A stretch of DNA of 32,742 nt from an uncultured Pseudorhodobacter sp. (GCA_965363575.1 CBDTUV010000001.1:1-32742); one strand, 5' to 3'. Shown: positions 1 through 9,513, numbered from the stretch's first letter. The notes: generated by a model from the letters alone, not told the origin. Numbers and translations are program-made.

Positions 1-1055
1 GGCTTCAACACCGCCTCATCCAAATCATGCTCGGCCCGGCGGCGCTTTTCGGAATAATAGCGCCAATCCCACGCCTCCAGCGCACCGTTCACGCCATCCG
101 CATGCATCATCCCTTCCAGCACGTCCGCATCGCGCAAAGCCTGCGCCTTGGCAGGCTTCCACACCCGCATCAGTAAATCACGCACCGCGGCAGGCGTTTT
201 CGCCATCTCTGGCTCTAGCTTGAAATCGGCAAAGCTGGCATAGCCCAGCAGCTTCGCCCGCTCCTCTCGCAAAGCCAAAGTTTCCGCCGCAATGGCGCGG
301 TTGTCATTGGCATTGCCATTTTCTCCGCGTGATACCCAGGCCTCATAGGCCTTTTGGCGCAGCGCCCGCCGGGGCGAAAATTGTAAAAATGGAACAATTA
401 GTGACCTGTTCAGCGTAATCGCCGGGCCAGAAACACCCTTTTCCGAACCTGCGTCACGTGCGCTGGCCACAACGAAATCGGGCAGGCCTTCCAAATCGGC
501 CTCCTCCACTTCCATGAACCACTCACGCTCATCCGCCAGCAGGTTTTGGCCAAACGCCGTCCCCAAAATGGCCAACCTAGCCTTCACCGCCGTCAAGCGC
601 GCCGCCGCATCGCCCTCCAGCTTTGCCCCCGACCGCACGAACATCTGCCGGTACAATTCCAACACGCGCAGCTGTTCTGCACCCAGCCCTTCGCGCGCCT
701 CCCACACCGCCTCTATGCGCGCAAACAGCGCTTTGTTATTGGTCACCTCTGATGAAAACGCGCTCATCTTGGGTGCCAGATCGCGCTGCAACGCTTCACG
801 CGCGGGCGTGCTGTCGGCGCCCGCAAGGTTGTAAAACACCCCCGCCACACGGTCCAGATCGCCCTCGGCCTGCTCCATCGCCTCAATCACATTGGCGAAA
901 TCGGGGGCGGCGGGGTTTGCGGCAATCTCGGCGATATTGGCGCGCGCTGTGGCCAGTGCTGCCTCAAACGCAGGGGCAAAATCGGCGTCCTTGATCGCGG
1001 CAAAGGGGGGCAAGGCAAATTCGGCGGTCCAATCGGACAAAAGCGGGTTGGTCAT
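1..1055 (-). CDS. dcp: M3-family metallopeptidase (peptidyl-dipeptidase Dcp-like), runs off the window start
   Basis: Manual translation from ATG 1055 (AAAGGAG RBS upstream): MTNPLLSDWTAEFALPPFAAIKDADFAPAFEAAL...LDRVAGVFYNLAGADST...ERAKLLGYASFADFKLEPEMAKTP...LEAWDWRYYSEKRR, typical of Dcp/OpdA. Absent from the ORF track because no stop lies in the window. Confidence 0.9.
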   Translation of the reverse strand, partial: MTNPLLSDWTAEFALPPFAAIKDADFAPAFEAALATARANIAEIAANPAAPDFANVIEAMEQAEGDLDRVAGVFYNLAGADSTPAREALQRDLAPKMSAFSSEVTNNKALFARIEAVWEAREGLGAEQLRVLELYRQMFVRSGAKLEGDAAARLTAVKARLAILGTAFGQNLLADEREWFMEVEEADLEGLPDFVVASARDAGSEKGVSGPAITLNRSLIVPFLQFSPRRALRQKAYEAWVSRGENGNANDNRAIAAETLALREERAKLLGYASFADFKLEPEMAKTPAAVRDLLMRVWKPAKAQALRDADVLEGMMHADGVNGALEAWDWRYYSEKRRRAEHDLDEAVLK

Positions 1056-1120
1056 GGCAAGTCTCCTTTGCGCGCGACGCTAGGCATCCGCGCCCCAAAG
1101 GTCCAGAGGGCTTGCCAAAT

Positions 1121-1135
1121 GTTCCCGCTTCGTTC
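1121..1135 (+). promoter_or_regulatory. Alphaproteobacterial LexA (SOS) box
   Basis: GTTC-ccgcttc-GTTC matches GTTC-N7-GTTC exactly. It lies between a TTGCCA -35-like hexamer (1112-1117) and the mmcB start. Confidence 0.85.
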
Positions 1136-1146
1136 AAGTTCCTGTG

Positions 1147-1611
1147 ATGACCCTACCCAACCTGCCCATCCCCCTCACGCCGGGCCAAAAGCTCGCGCGC
1201 GGCACCTGCCGCCATCTGGCGACCCATGGTTTCGCTTGTGTTGAGGAATTGATCCCAACCCCCGGCCTGCGCGTCGATGTCATGGCGTTGGGACCAAAAG
1301 GACAGATTTGGGTGATTGAATGCAAATCCTCGCGCAACGATTTCCAGACAGACCGCAAGTGGCAAGGCTATCTCGATTGGTGCGACAGGTTTTTCTGGGC
1401 CGTGGATACCGATTTCCCGACCGACCTTTTGCCGCCCGAAACAGGCCTGATCATCGCGGATGACTATGACGCCGAACTGATCCGCATGGCGCCTGAGGCT
1501 AGGCTGGCAGGCGCGCGCCGCAAATCTGTCACACAAATCTTTGCCCGCACCGCCGCCCAGCGCCTGCAATGCCTGCGCGACCCAGCCCGAATGGGCCGCT
1601 TGGGCGGCTGA
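1147..1611 (+). CDS. mmcB: DNA repair putative endonuclease MmcB (PD-(D/E)xK fold); alternative GTG start at 1144
   Basis: Motifs LARGTCRHL, RVDVMALGPKGQIWVIECKSSRNDFQTDRKWQGYLDWCDRFFWAVD, GLIIADDYDAE, LAGARRK; LexA box upstream. Confidence 0.9.
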   Translation: MTLPNLPIPLTPGQKLARGTCRHLATHGFACVEELIPTPGLRVDVMALGPKGQIWVIECKSSRNDFQTDRKWQGYLDWCDRFFWAVDTDFPTDLLPPETGLIIADDYDAELIRMAPEARLAGARRKSVTQIFARTAAQRLQCLRDPARMGRLGG

Positions 1612-1683
1612 CCACTCGGCCCTGCGCCCAGCGCCTGCACAGCGAAAAAACAGGCACAGCGGCCACACATCACCGGGTCGGCC

Positions 1684-2143
1684 GGGGGTTGGCCGTGGCC
1701 TTTAGCCAAGGTGCTGTGGCAGGAACGATCCCCCGCATGGCCCCCGAGGTTGGGCTATGGCAAGGGATCACGCTTGCCTTTGGCCTGATCGTCACTGTGC
1801 AAGGCTTTGAAACCTCACGTTATCTGGGTGCGACCTATGATGCCCCCACGCGTATTCGGTCGATGATCCTCGCGCAGGCGCTCTCAACCCTGATTTACCT
1901 CGCCTACATCTTGTTGCTTGCGCTGACCGGCCTGCCGCGTCCCGACATCCTGTCTGAAACGGCCATTATCGACATGATGGTGCAAGTAGCGTGGGTTTTG
2001 CCGCTGATGCTGGTCGCGGCGGTCTTGGCGGCCCAATTTGGTGCGGCCGTGGCCGATACCAGCCGTTCCGGCACGCTGATCAGCCATCTTAGCCATGGCA
2101 GGCTAAGCGTTCGGCACGCCTATCGAGTAGCGTTGGCGATGTG
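1684..2143 (+). pseudogene. Internal fragment of a multi-TM membrane protein gene (APC-transporter-like)
   Basis: Hydrophobic frame with AFGLIVTVQGFETSRYLG, SETAIIDMM and AAQFGAAVADT, which I recall from a longer conserved membrane protein. No credible start or RBS; the frame degenerates into intergenic-like sequence after ~2140. Boundaries approximate. Confidence 0.6.
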
Positions 2144-2174
2144 TCAGACAGCTGCGGACAGCTTGCGTTCGCAG

Positions 2175-2190
2175 GTTAATATTGGGTTAA
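2175..2190 (-). promoter_or_regulatory. Candidate CtrA-binding site
   Basis: Minus strand reads TTAA-cccaata-TTAAC, the full TTAA-N7-TTAAC consensus. An IHF-like TATCAAggtgTTA lies at 2213-2225. Confidence 0.5.
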
Positions 2191-2258
2191 TTTTTTTGCC
2201 AATATCATTGTATATCAAGGTGTTACGAAAATGTCCGCGCGCGAACATATCGGGCCTT

Positions 2259-2468
2259 TCACCGCTTTTTCTTGCCCGACCCATCACCCATTGCCCGCGC
2301 CGTCGCTGCCGCCGCCCGCAATTCTTCGGCAATCTCTTCAGCCTCTTCTGGGTCAAAATCCAAGGGCAAATCAAGCCCATCGCCTTCAACATAGATCCGC
2401 ACCATCCCAAGGCTGGTCGGCCCGATCTGCAAATTCGCCGCCACTTCACTTTGTTTATCGATACCCAT
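2259..2468 (-). CDS. Small conserved Rhodobacteraceae protein (DUF6324-like)
   Basis: MGIDKQSEVAANLQIGPTSLGMVRIYVEGDGLDLPLDFDPEEAEEIAEELRAAA; protein-like composition; family assignment from memory. Confidence 0.75.
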   Translation of the reverse strand: MGIDKQSEVAANLQIGPTSLGMVRIYVEGDGLDLPLDFDPEEAEEIAEELRAAAATARAMGDGSGKKKR

Positions 2469-2543
2469 GACCTATTCCCCAAGCCGTTTGGTTTTTTCCC
2501 GCATAAACTGAACCTCGCGCCCTTACAAGCGTTCCAAAGGGTC

Positions 2544-2572
2544 TTGCATTCACGCCGCACCCGGTCTAAATC
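2544..2572 (+). promoter_or_regulatory. Sigma70-type promoter of tRNA-His
   Basis: TTGCAT (2544-2549), 17-nt spacer, TAAATC (2567-2572), ending 9 nt before the tRNA. Confidence 0.55.
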
Positions 2573-2581
2573 GCCCCCAGT

Positions 2582-2658
2582 GCCGCGTTAGCTCAGTAGG
2601 TTAGAGCGCTTGATTGTGGATCAAGAGGTCCCCCGTTCGAGCCGGGGACGTGGTACCA
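2582..2658 (+). tRNA. tRNA-His (GTG)
   Basis: Acceptor stem GCCGCGT/ACGTGGT, D arm GCTC..GAGC, anticodon arm CTTGA-tt-GTG-ga-TCAAG, T arm CCCCG-TTCGAGC-CGGGG, encoded CCA. Confidence 0.97.
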
Positions 2659-2750
2659 TCCTCCCCTAACAGCTGATAGTTCCCGTGTTTTCCCTTGCAC
2701 TTACCCCCCGCCACGTTAGCGTGGCATTTTGCTGCTTTGGGGATTCCAGA

Positions 2751-2831
2751 ATGAAATATCTGCTCGCACTTGGCCTTTTGACCCTTCTCTCGGCTTGCGG
2801 TGGCGGCGTGCCGCTGATTCCCTTTATCTAG
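2751..2831 (+). CDS. 26-aa small lipoprotein (lipobox LSAC)
   Basis: [34 protein letters not shown]-like motif; promoter-like TTGCAC (2695-2700) and TAGCGT (2717-2722). Confidence 0.75.
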   Translation: MKYLLALGLLTLLSACGGGVPLIPFI

Positions 2832-2890
2832 GCCTTGGCCCCGGCGCGCAGGCTGGCTATGGTCCGGTTTCCCAAAGGATCCGGAACACC

Positions 2891-5212
2891 ATGACCCAAG
2901 ACCTTGCCGCGCGCATTGCCCGCCTAATTGCCACTGAAATCGTCGCCACCCCGGCCCAAGTGATCGCTGCCGTAGACCTCCTCGATGGTGGGGCCACGGT
3001 GCCTTTTGTGGCGCGTTACCGCAAAGAGGTGACGGGCGGGCTGGATGACACTCAGCTGCGCAATCTGGCCGAACGACTGGTCTATCTGCGAGAGCTGGAA
3101 TCGCGCCGCGCGGCGATCTTGTCGTCGATCACCGAGCAAGGCAAGCTGACCGACGATCTGACCACCAGCCTGACCCGCGCCACCACCAAAGCCGAATTGG
3201 AAGACATCTACCTGCCCTATAAACCCAAACGCCGCACCCGCGCGATGATTGCGCGTGAGAACGGGCTTGCCCCTTTGGCGGATGGCATTTTGGCCAACCG
3301 AAGCGTCGATCCGCAAACCTTGGCCCAAGGCTTTTTGAACGCCGAGGTGGTCGACACAAAAGCCGCCCTCGAAGGCGCGCGCGACATCATCGCCGAAGGT
3401 CTGTCCGAGAATGCGGTCCTGCTCGGCCGACTTCGCAACCATATGAAATCGGTGGGCCGCTTGGCGGCAACTGTGGTCGCAGGAAAAGAGACTGAAGGCG
3501 CAAAGTTCTCGGACTATTTCGCCCATTCCGAACCATGGCATTCCGCCCCGTCCCACCGGGTTTTGGCCATGCTGCGCGGCCGGAACGAAGGGTTCTTGAC
3601 TATTGACCTAGAGGTCGACCCAGACGCCCCGCGCGGCCAGTCGCCTTGCGAGGCAAGCTGTGGTGCAGCCTTGCAAGCCGATGGCACAGGCAAAGGTGAT
3701 GTTTGGCTGCGCGATGTGGCGGCTTGGGCGTGGCGGATCAAGCTGAAGACCAGCCTGACACTGGACCTGATGGGCGATATCCGCGACCGGGCTGAGGCCG
3801 AGGCGATCCGGGTTTTCGCACGCAACCTCAAAGATTTGCTGCTTGCGGCCCCTGCTGGCGGCAAGGCCACGATGGGGCTTGATCCGGGTATTAGGACTGG
3901 CGTCAAGGTCTGTGTGATTGATGCCACGGGTAAGCTGTTGGCCACTGATACTGTCTATCCGTTCCAACCTAAAAACGATCTGCGGGGCGCGCAGGTGGCA
4001 ATTGCGCAGCTGATCGGCAAGCATGGTGTCGGGTTGATCGCGATTGGCAACGGCACCGCCAGCCGTGAAACGGAAAAGATGGTGGCGGATTTGCTGGCCG
4101 TCCTGCCTGCCACCGCAAAAAAGCCAACCAAGGTGATCGTGTCCGAGGCTGGTGCTTCAGTCTATTCCGCATCGGAACTTGCCGCAAAGGAATTCCCCAA
4201 TTTGGACGTATCGCTCCGCGGGGCGGTGTCAATTGCCCGCCGGCTGCAAGATCCGCTGGCTGAACTTGTCAAAATCGAACCAAAGGCGATTGGCGTGGGC
4301 CAATATCAGCATGACGTCGACCAGCACCGTTTGGGGCGAAGTCTAGAGGCGGTGGTTGAGGATGCGGTAAACGCGGTCGGGGTGGATTTGAACACCGCCT
4401 CTGCCCCGTTGCTTGCGCGCGTGTCGGGCGTGGGGCCGGGTTTGGCAGAGGCGATCGTGGCGCACCGCGATGCCAACGGTCCCTTTGCCAAGCGTCGCGA
4501 TTTGTTGAAAGTTGCGCGCCTTGGCCCCAAGGTGTTTGAACAAGCCGCAGGTTTTTTGCGTATCACTGACGGGTCCGAACCGCTCGACAGCTCCTCCGTT
4601 CACCCCGAAGCCTATGATGTCGCGCGCAAAATCGTGGCCGCTTGTGGACGCGATCTGCGTGAGGTGATGGGATCACCCAAACTGGCCGCCTTGGACCCGA
4701 TCGCCTTTGTTGATGCGCGCTTTGGCCTGCCCACGATCAAAGACATCCTGCTTGAGCTGGAAAAACCGGGCCGCGACCCCCGCCCTGAGTTCAAGACTGC
4801 AACCTTTGCTGATGGCGTGGACGACATCAAAGACCTGAAGCCCGGCATGATGCTGGAAGGCACGGTGACCAATGTCGCGGCCTTTGGTGCCTTTGTCGAT
4901 ATTGGCGTGCATCAAGACGGCTTGGTCCATGTCAGCCAATTGGCCGATAAATTCGTCAGCGACCCGCATGAGGTGGTCAAGGCGGGTGATGTGGTTAAGG
5001 TTCGGGTGGTTGAGGTGGACGTACCGCGCAAACGTATTGGCCTGACGATGAAAAAAGACAGCGGAGAGGCCCGCGAACAAGTTGCCGAGCGCAAAGGCGC
5101 ACGCCCTGCGACGAAGGCTGCACCCAAGCCGTCGCAAATGCAAAGCACGCCGAAATCCACCGCCAGCGCCAATCCGTTTGCCGATGCGCTGCGTGGCAAA
5201 TTTGGAAAGTGA
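2891..5212 (+). CDS. tex: Tex family transcription accessory protein (YqgF-like, HhH and S1 domains)
   Basis: [44 protein letters not shown]-terminal S1 domain ([28 protein letters not shown]). ATG 2891 preferred over TTG 2729. Confidence 0.96.
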   Translation: MTQDLAARIARLIATEIVATPAQVIAAVDLLDGGATVPFVARYRKEVTGGLDDTQLRNLAERLVYLRELESRRAAILSSITEQGKLTDDLTTSLTRATTKAELEDIYLPYKPKRRTRAMIARENGLAPLADGILANRSVDPQTLAQGFLNAEVVDTKAALEGARDIIAEGLSENAVLLGRLRNHMKSVGRLAATVVAGKETEGAKFSDYFAHSEPWHSAPSHRVLAMLRGRNEGFLTIDLEVDPDAPRGQSPCEASCGAALQADGTGKGDVWLRDVAAWAWRIKLKTSLTLDLMGDIRDRAEAEAIRVFARNLKDLLLAAPAGGKATMGLDPGIRTGVKVCVIDATGKLLATDTVYPFQPKNDLRGAQVAIAQLIGKHGVGLIAIGNGTASRETEKMVADLLAVLPATAKKPTKVIVSEAGASVYSASELAAKEFPNLDVSLRGAVSIARRLQDPLAELVKIEPKAIGVGQYQHDVDQHRLGRSLEAVVEDAVNAVGVDLNTASAPLLARVSGVGPGLAEAIVAHRDANGPFAKRRDLLKVARLGPKVFEQAAGFLRITDGSEPLDSSSVHPEAYDVARKIVAACGRDLREVMGSPKLAALDPIAFVDARFGLPTIKDILLELEKPGRDPRPEFKTATFADGVDDIKDLKPGMMLEGTVTNVAAFGAFVDIGVHQDGLVHVSQLADKFVSDPHEVVKAGDVVKVRVVEVDVPRKRIGLTMKKDSGEAREQVAERKGARPATKAAPKPSQMQSTPKSTASANPFADALRGKFGK

Positions 5213-5217
5213 CCCTG

Positions 5218-5243
5218 GGCCTGGCGCAATGCTGGGCCTTTAT
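5218..5243 (+). terminator. Hairpin/terminator between convergent genes
   Basis: GGCCTGGC-gcaat-GCTGGGCC (two G-U pairs) followed by TTTATA, just after the tex stop. Confidence 0.5.
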
Positions 5244-5246
5244 AAA

Positions 5247-5930
5247 TCAATTGGTTAGCAGGTAGTAGCTGTTCACAACACTGCCGGTATTTGACACCGA
5301 TATCTGAAAGTACCCGTTCCAGCGCGGCACAAAATCGCAATAAAACCTGTCATCCACCCTCGCAGGGCAAGTGATAGGGGTGCCGTTTTCATCAGTCAGG
5401 GCCACGACCAAAGGCGTCTCGCCGTTACCTTTCACGCCAATTTCAGCAAATGATCCGCCATAAAACGGTACGGTCCACAGGTCCACTGCACCGGGCGGCA
5501 AGGCGTTTAACTGGCGTTGCGCCCCGCTGATCTGACCCTGCGCGCCTTGGCTCTCAACCGATTCTATCAGACCCAATAGCGTTTCATCCTCGGCCGCGAA
5601 ACGGCGCGCGGCGTCCAGCATCAGGGCCGCATCTGCCGGTAGCTTGGCCCCGTTTGGCGCAGCGTCTGCCGGGGTGCGAACGCCGTCGCGCTCCACGTCT
5701 ATCATCTGGACGCCTGCGGCAAGTTTGGCCGCCGTAAGCGCCAAAACCGCGTCTTTTTGTGCGGTTGCCAAGGCAAAAATCGCCTGCGCCATGTCATATT
5801 GCGCGACACCTCCGGGCTGACCCGTCGCCGAGCTGTCTACGTTCAGGCCGGTTTTATCTTGGGCCAAAAGCGGCGCGGCACTACACAGCAAGGTCGCAGC
5901 AAGGATGGGTATCTGTAGGATGCGGGTCAT
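5247..5930 (-). CDS. Secreted hypothetical protein with a C-terminal beta-sandwich (PPC-like) domain
   Basis: Sec signal peptide (MTRILQIPILAATLLCSAAPLLA/QD), helical N-terminal part, C-terminal DENG..C..YCDFVPRWNGYFQISVSN..NSYYLLTN. Confidence 0.75.
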   Translation of the reverse strand: MTRILQIPILAATLLCSAAPLLAQDKTGLNVDSSATGQPGGVAQYDMAQAIFALATAQKDAVLALTAAKLAAGVQMIDVERDGVRTPADAAPNGAKLPADAALMLDAARRFAAEDETLLGLIESVESQGAQGQISGAQRQLNALPPGAVDLWTVPFYGGSFAEIGVKGNGETPLVVALTDENGTPITCPARVDDRFYCDFVPRWNGYFQISVSNTGSVVNSYYLLTN

Positions 5931-6237
5931 GTCTGGAAGTTTCTTTCAATCAAGGCGGAGGCGGGTATCAAGTTGTGCTTGGTGCAACGCTATCGGGATC
6001 ATGGTCGCGCGAACACACCAAACGTCCCAAGTGTTAAATGGTCAACACGAAAGAGACGCAGGCCAAACGGCCACCGCGCAATCATTTGGCCTTTCTTCAC
6101 AATTCGCGGCAAAGGATCACCCTATGGCACGCATCACCATTGCGCCATGATCCTACATCTGCAACCAAAGGGTTTAATGTTTCAAACCTTTCGCCATTGC
6201 GCAAGCAAGCCCCCCGACACCAAAGCGGCACAAACCT

Positions 6238-7137
6238 ATGGCCATCATCCCCCGCCTGACCGCGCCCCACACCACGCCTGATACGGGGCCTGCGCGCGAC
6301 AACCTGCGCGGTGCGGTGTGGTTGGTCACGGATATCGCCTTTAACATCTGGGCGCTGTCCATCGTCAAATCCTTGGGCGTAACGCTGCCCTCAATCCAGA
6401 TTGTGCTGATCCGGGCGCTGGTTGGGCTTTTGGTTTTGCTGCCCTTTGTGATTTACAAAGGGGGCGTGCAACGGCTTACCCGTCCCGGCCTGCAAATCCT
6501 GCGCACAAGCCTTTCTGTTATCGCCATGACGGGCAGTTTTTACGGTGTTGCCAAGCTGCCCTTCGCGATGTTCACCACCGTGAACTTTACCCGCCCTTTG
6601 CTAATGATGACCCTTGCCGCCTTGATCTTGGGTGAGCGTATTCGCCCCAAACAATGGATGGCAGGCGGTATTGGGCTTGTTGGTGTTGTCATCGCGGTGG
6701 ATCCCAGCAGTCTTGGCGCGGCGTATGCTTACGGGCTTGCAGCGCTTTTTGCCTCGGTCGTTGCAGGGACATTTGCGGTGATCATCCTGCGCCGCATGCG
6801 CAATGAAGATCCGCTGGCGCAAATGATCTGGCAAACCGTTGGTCTTGCGGTGGCGGCAGCCTTGCCCGCCGCCTTGTTTTGGCAAAGCCCCGGCGCGCAA
6901 TGGCCGATTTTGCTATCAGTCGGCCTCTTTTCGCAAACCGCGCAGTTTTGCTTTATGCGGGCGCATTACTGGGCCGACGCGGGGGTGATCGCCCCCTTGG
7001 GATATCTCTCGCTGATCTTTTCCGTCTCGGTCGGGTATTTCATGTTTGGTGAAATCCCCAGCACGGGTCTTTACTTTGGCGCGGCGCTTATCATCGGGGC
7101 GGCCTTGATGGCAGGTCACAAAGGCAAACGCCAATGA
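6238..7137 (+). CDS. DMT/EamA family transporter
   Basis: About 10 hydrophobic segments; motifs LAALILGERI and GYFMFGEIP indicate a duplicated EamA domain. Confidence 0.9.
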   Translation: MAIIPRLTAPHTTPDTGPARDNLRGAVWLVTDIAFNIWALSIVKSLGVTLPSIQIVLIRALVGLLVLLPFVIYKGGVQRLTRPGLQILRTSLSVIAMTGSFYGVAKLPFAMFTTVNFTRPLLMMTLAALILGERIRPKQWMAGGIGLVGVVIAVDPSSLGAAYAYGLAALFASVVAGTFAVIILRRMRNEDPLAQMIWQTVGLAVAAALPAALFWQSPGAQWPILLSVGLFSQTAQFCFMRAHYWADAGVIAPLGYLSLIFSVSVGYFMFGEIPSTGLYFGAALIIGAALMAGHKGKRQ

Positions 7138-7141
7138 CCCG

Positions 7142-8161
7142 CTACGGCTGGGTCATCGCCGCATCCCATTCGCCCAAAAAATTATGCCGTTTGATTTGGT
7201 CCAAATAGACTAGCAGGCCGGGGTCCAGCCGTATGGGCCGCAAATGCGGGGCAAGCGCGGTTTGGTCCAATGGCGGCAAGTCTGCCAGCCCGTCAATCAA
7301 CGCGCGGCCCTGCGGCCCCAGCATGAAATCCAACAGCGCACCGCCCAATGCGCCTTGCGCCGCAGCTTTCGGCACAAAGGCCGTGCGCAGCAAGGTCACG
7401 GTAAAATCCTCCGGCTCAATCACCACGATATCGGGCGCATTGGGCAGGCGGGTCAGAGCATAGCTGCCCACAACATTATAGGCCAGCGCCAGCTTGCCGC
7501 TTTCCAAATCATCAATCATATCGCCCGAACAACAATAAAGTCGGGTGTTAAGCCGCCCCATCACCTCGGCCAGCCGCCAAAAGGCATCGGTTTGCCGCGC
7601 GTCTTGGGTGGCAAACAAATAGCCCGCGCCTGACACATGCGGGTCGTAGGTCGCGATCCGTCCGTTGAATCGGGCAGGATTGGCGCGCAAAAGGTCAATC
7701 AAATCCCGCCTGCTGCGTGGCATTTCCAACCCTTGCATCGCCCGACGCGACGCCAGCAAAACCACAGGCTCCAACGCAAATCCAAACAAGCGGTCACGCC
7801 AGCGCGCCCAACCCGGCAACGTGGCCACAGCATCCGACGCATAGGCGGCGGCAAACCCATCATTGGCCAGTTTCATCTGCAAATCCATCGCAGAAGAAAT
7901 CACCAAATCAAACACAGCGCCTTCATCCCGAATCGCGCGGTAAACCTCTTGGCTAGAGGCCACGACATAACGCAGGCGCAAGGAGGGGTTGCGCGCCAAG
8001 AACGCCTCAATCAATGGCGCAAAAATCTCGGTGTCGGTGGTGGAGAGCACGGAAAGCTCCGCCCCCGTCCCAGTGCCGAATACACGGTCGTCCTCGACTT
8101 CAAACGCCGCTGCGACATGCGCAAACAGCGCTATAGCTGCGGCAAGGATAAGCTGGCGCAT
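7142..8161 (-). CDS. Orphan ABC-type periplasmic substrate-binding protein
   Basis: Signal peptide; DLVISSAMDLQMKLANDG, IATYDPHVSGAGYL, LAYNVVGSYA; overlaps the 3' end of tctE by 31 nt. Confidence 0.85.
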   Translation of the reverse strand: MRQLILAAAIALFAHVAAAFEVEDDRVFGTGTGAELSVLSTTDTEIFAPLIEAFLARNPSLRLRYVVASSQEVYRAIRDEGAVFDLVISSAMDLQMKLANDGFAAAYASDAVATLPGWARWRDRLFGFALEPVVLLASRRAMQGLEMPRSRRDLIDLLRANPARFNGRIATYDPHVSGAGYLFATQDARQTDAFWRLAEVMGRLNTRLYCCSGDMIDDLESGKLALAYNVVGSYALTRLPNAPDIVVIEPEDFTVTLLRTAFVPKAAAQGALGGALLDFMLGPQGRALIDGLADLPPLDQTALAPHLRPIRLDPGLLVYLDQIKRHNFLGEWDAAMTQP

Positions 8162-9513
8162 GTGCCCTCCGTTTCTACGTCTTGCAACTCAAATGTGCCA
8201 CAAAGGGCCGCAGCCACTTCGGCCACGATGGTCAACCCAAGGCCAGACCCCACCACATCGCCCACATTGTCACCACGGGTAAAGCGGCGGGTCAGATCGG
8301 CGGTCGTGGCCCCCGACAGCCCGCGCCCTTGGTCAAACACCGCAACCCGCAGCATGCCATCCGCCTGCGACAGCACAATCCGCACCTCAGTTTCAGCGGG
8401 TGAATATTTGAGCGCATTATCGACCAGATTGCGCAGCGCACTTTCAATCAACAAGGGATCGCCAGTGGTCAGCAAAGGGTCAGTATCGCCCAGAACCACC
8501 AAGGACACCTCACGCAACTCGGCTGTCGGCTCGAACGCGCGGGCCACAGTGCGCACCACTTGGGTCAGGTCCACCTCAACCCTTTCAAGTTGATCGGACC
8601 GGTACAAAACCATCGCATGATCCAGCAACTGGCTGGCCGACCGCGCACTGGTTTCAACCCCTCGGATCATCGACCGCAGGCGCATGCGCGTGGCTTCGTC
8701 ATTCGATTGGCGCAGGGCAATTTCCGCCTCGGTCCGCACCGTGGACAAGGGCGTGCGGATGTGATGCGCGGCCTCGGCGATAAAAGTTTCGGTTTGGGAC
8801 AAAGCCCCGCGCAGCCGCGCGACAAAGCCGTTCAGCGCGCCCAGCAAAGGGGCGAGTTCGCGCGGCGCGGGGTGGCGCACCGGCCGCAGATCACGCGGGC
8901 CACGCCGCCCCACAGCCTCGGCCAAGCGGTTGATCGGGTTGAATACCGACCCCGCCGATAGCAGGCTAAGGGGGACAGCCAGCACGAAAAACCCCACCCC
9001 GATCAAGGCCGCGCGGTTGGCCAGACTGTCGGCAATCGCGGCTTGCCCTTGCCGCGTTTGGCCCACCAGAACCAGCACCGGCACCGGGCCTTTGCCCACC
9101 ACGATGCTTCGCGCCACGGCGGCGATGCGCACTTCGGTATCCAGATAGGGGCTGGTGTAGAATTCGGGCGCAAGGGATGCAGGGCGCACCACAGGTGGCG
9201 GCAAATCATCATAACCCGTCACCGTTTCACCACCAATATCAATGCGATAGAACAAGCGGTCTTGCCCCATCGCCCCCAGCATAGAAAAGGTGGCGTAGGC
9301 CAGATCCACCTCAATCGCGTCATCCGTGGCGCGCAATTGTTCGGCAATAGATGTCGTGGCGGCGCCTAAAATCGCGTCTTGCGCCGCCTCAGCCGCGCGG
9401 TCGGCGGTAGAGCGCACGGTAAAATACAGCGCCACCGCCAGTACCGCCGCCACGACCAACAGTTGCACCACCAGCTTGGCGCGCAGGCTGCCGCTGGGCA
9501 AAAACGCCTTCAT
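8131..9513 (-). CDS. tctE: Sensor histidine kinase, TctE-like
   Basis: Two TM segments around a periplasmic domain, HAMP, H box FIAEAAHHIRTPL, N box RNLVDNALKYS, DQGRG and GSGLGL; adjacent to tctCBA. Confidence 0.88.
   Translation of the reverse strand: MKAFLPSGSLRAKLVVQLLVVAAVLAVALYFTVRSTADRAAEAAQDAILGAATTSIAEQLRATDDAIEVDLAYATFSMLGAMGQDRLFYRIDIGGETVTGYDDLPPPVVRPASLAPEFYTSPYLDTEVRIAAVARSIVVGKGPVPVLVLVGQTRQGQAAIADSLANRAALIGVGFFVLAVPLSLLSAGSVFNPINRLAEAVGRRGPRDLRPVRHPAPRELAPLLGALNGFVARLRGALSQTETFIAEAAHHIRTPLSTVRTEAEIALRQSNDEATRMRLRSMIRGVETSARSASQLLDHAMVLYRSDQLERVEVDLTQVVRTVARAFEPTAELREVSLVVLGDTDPLLTTGDPLLIESALRNLVDNALKYSPAETEVRIVLSQADGMLRVAVFDQGRGLSGATTADLTRRFTRGDNVGDVVGSGLGLTIVAEVAAALCGTFELQDVETEGTCASLSLPQL

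Noticed and set aside
1569..2591. 340-aa ORF as an intact gene
   Set aside because: Only the middle part is protein-like; the ends overlap mmcB, the DUF6324-like gene (antisense) and the tRNA.
2582..2700. tRNA-His as an integration site
   Set aside because: No integrase and no duplicated tRNA 3' end were seen in the window.
2729..2890. N-terminal extension of Tex from TTG 2729
   Set aside because: Not Tex-like, and it overlaps the better-supported lipoprotein ORF in another frame.
5245..5257. IHF-like AATCAAttggTTA
   Set aside because: Coincides with the last codons (Leu-Thr-Asn-stop) of the minus-strand gene; probably chance.
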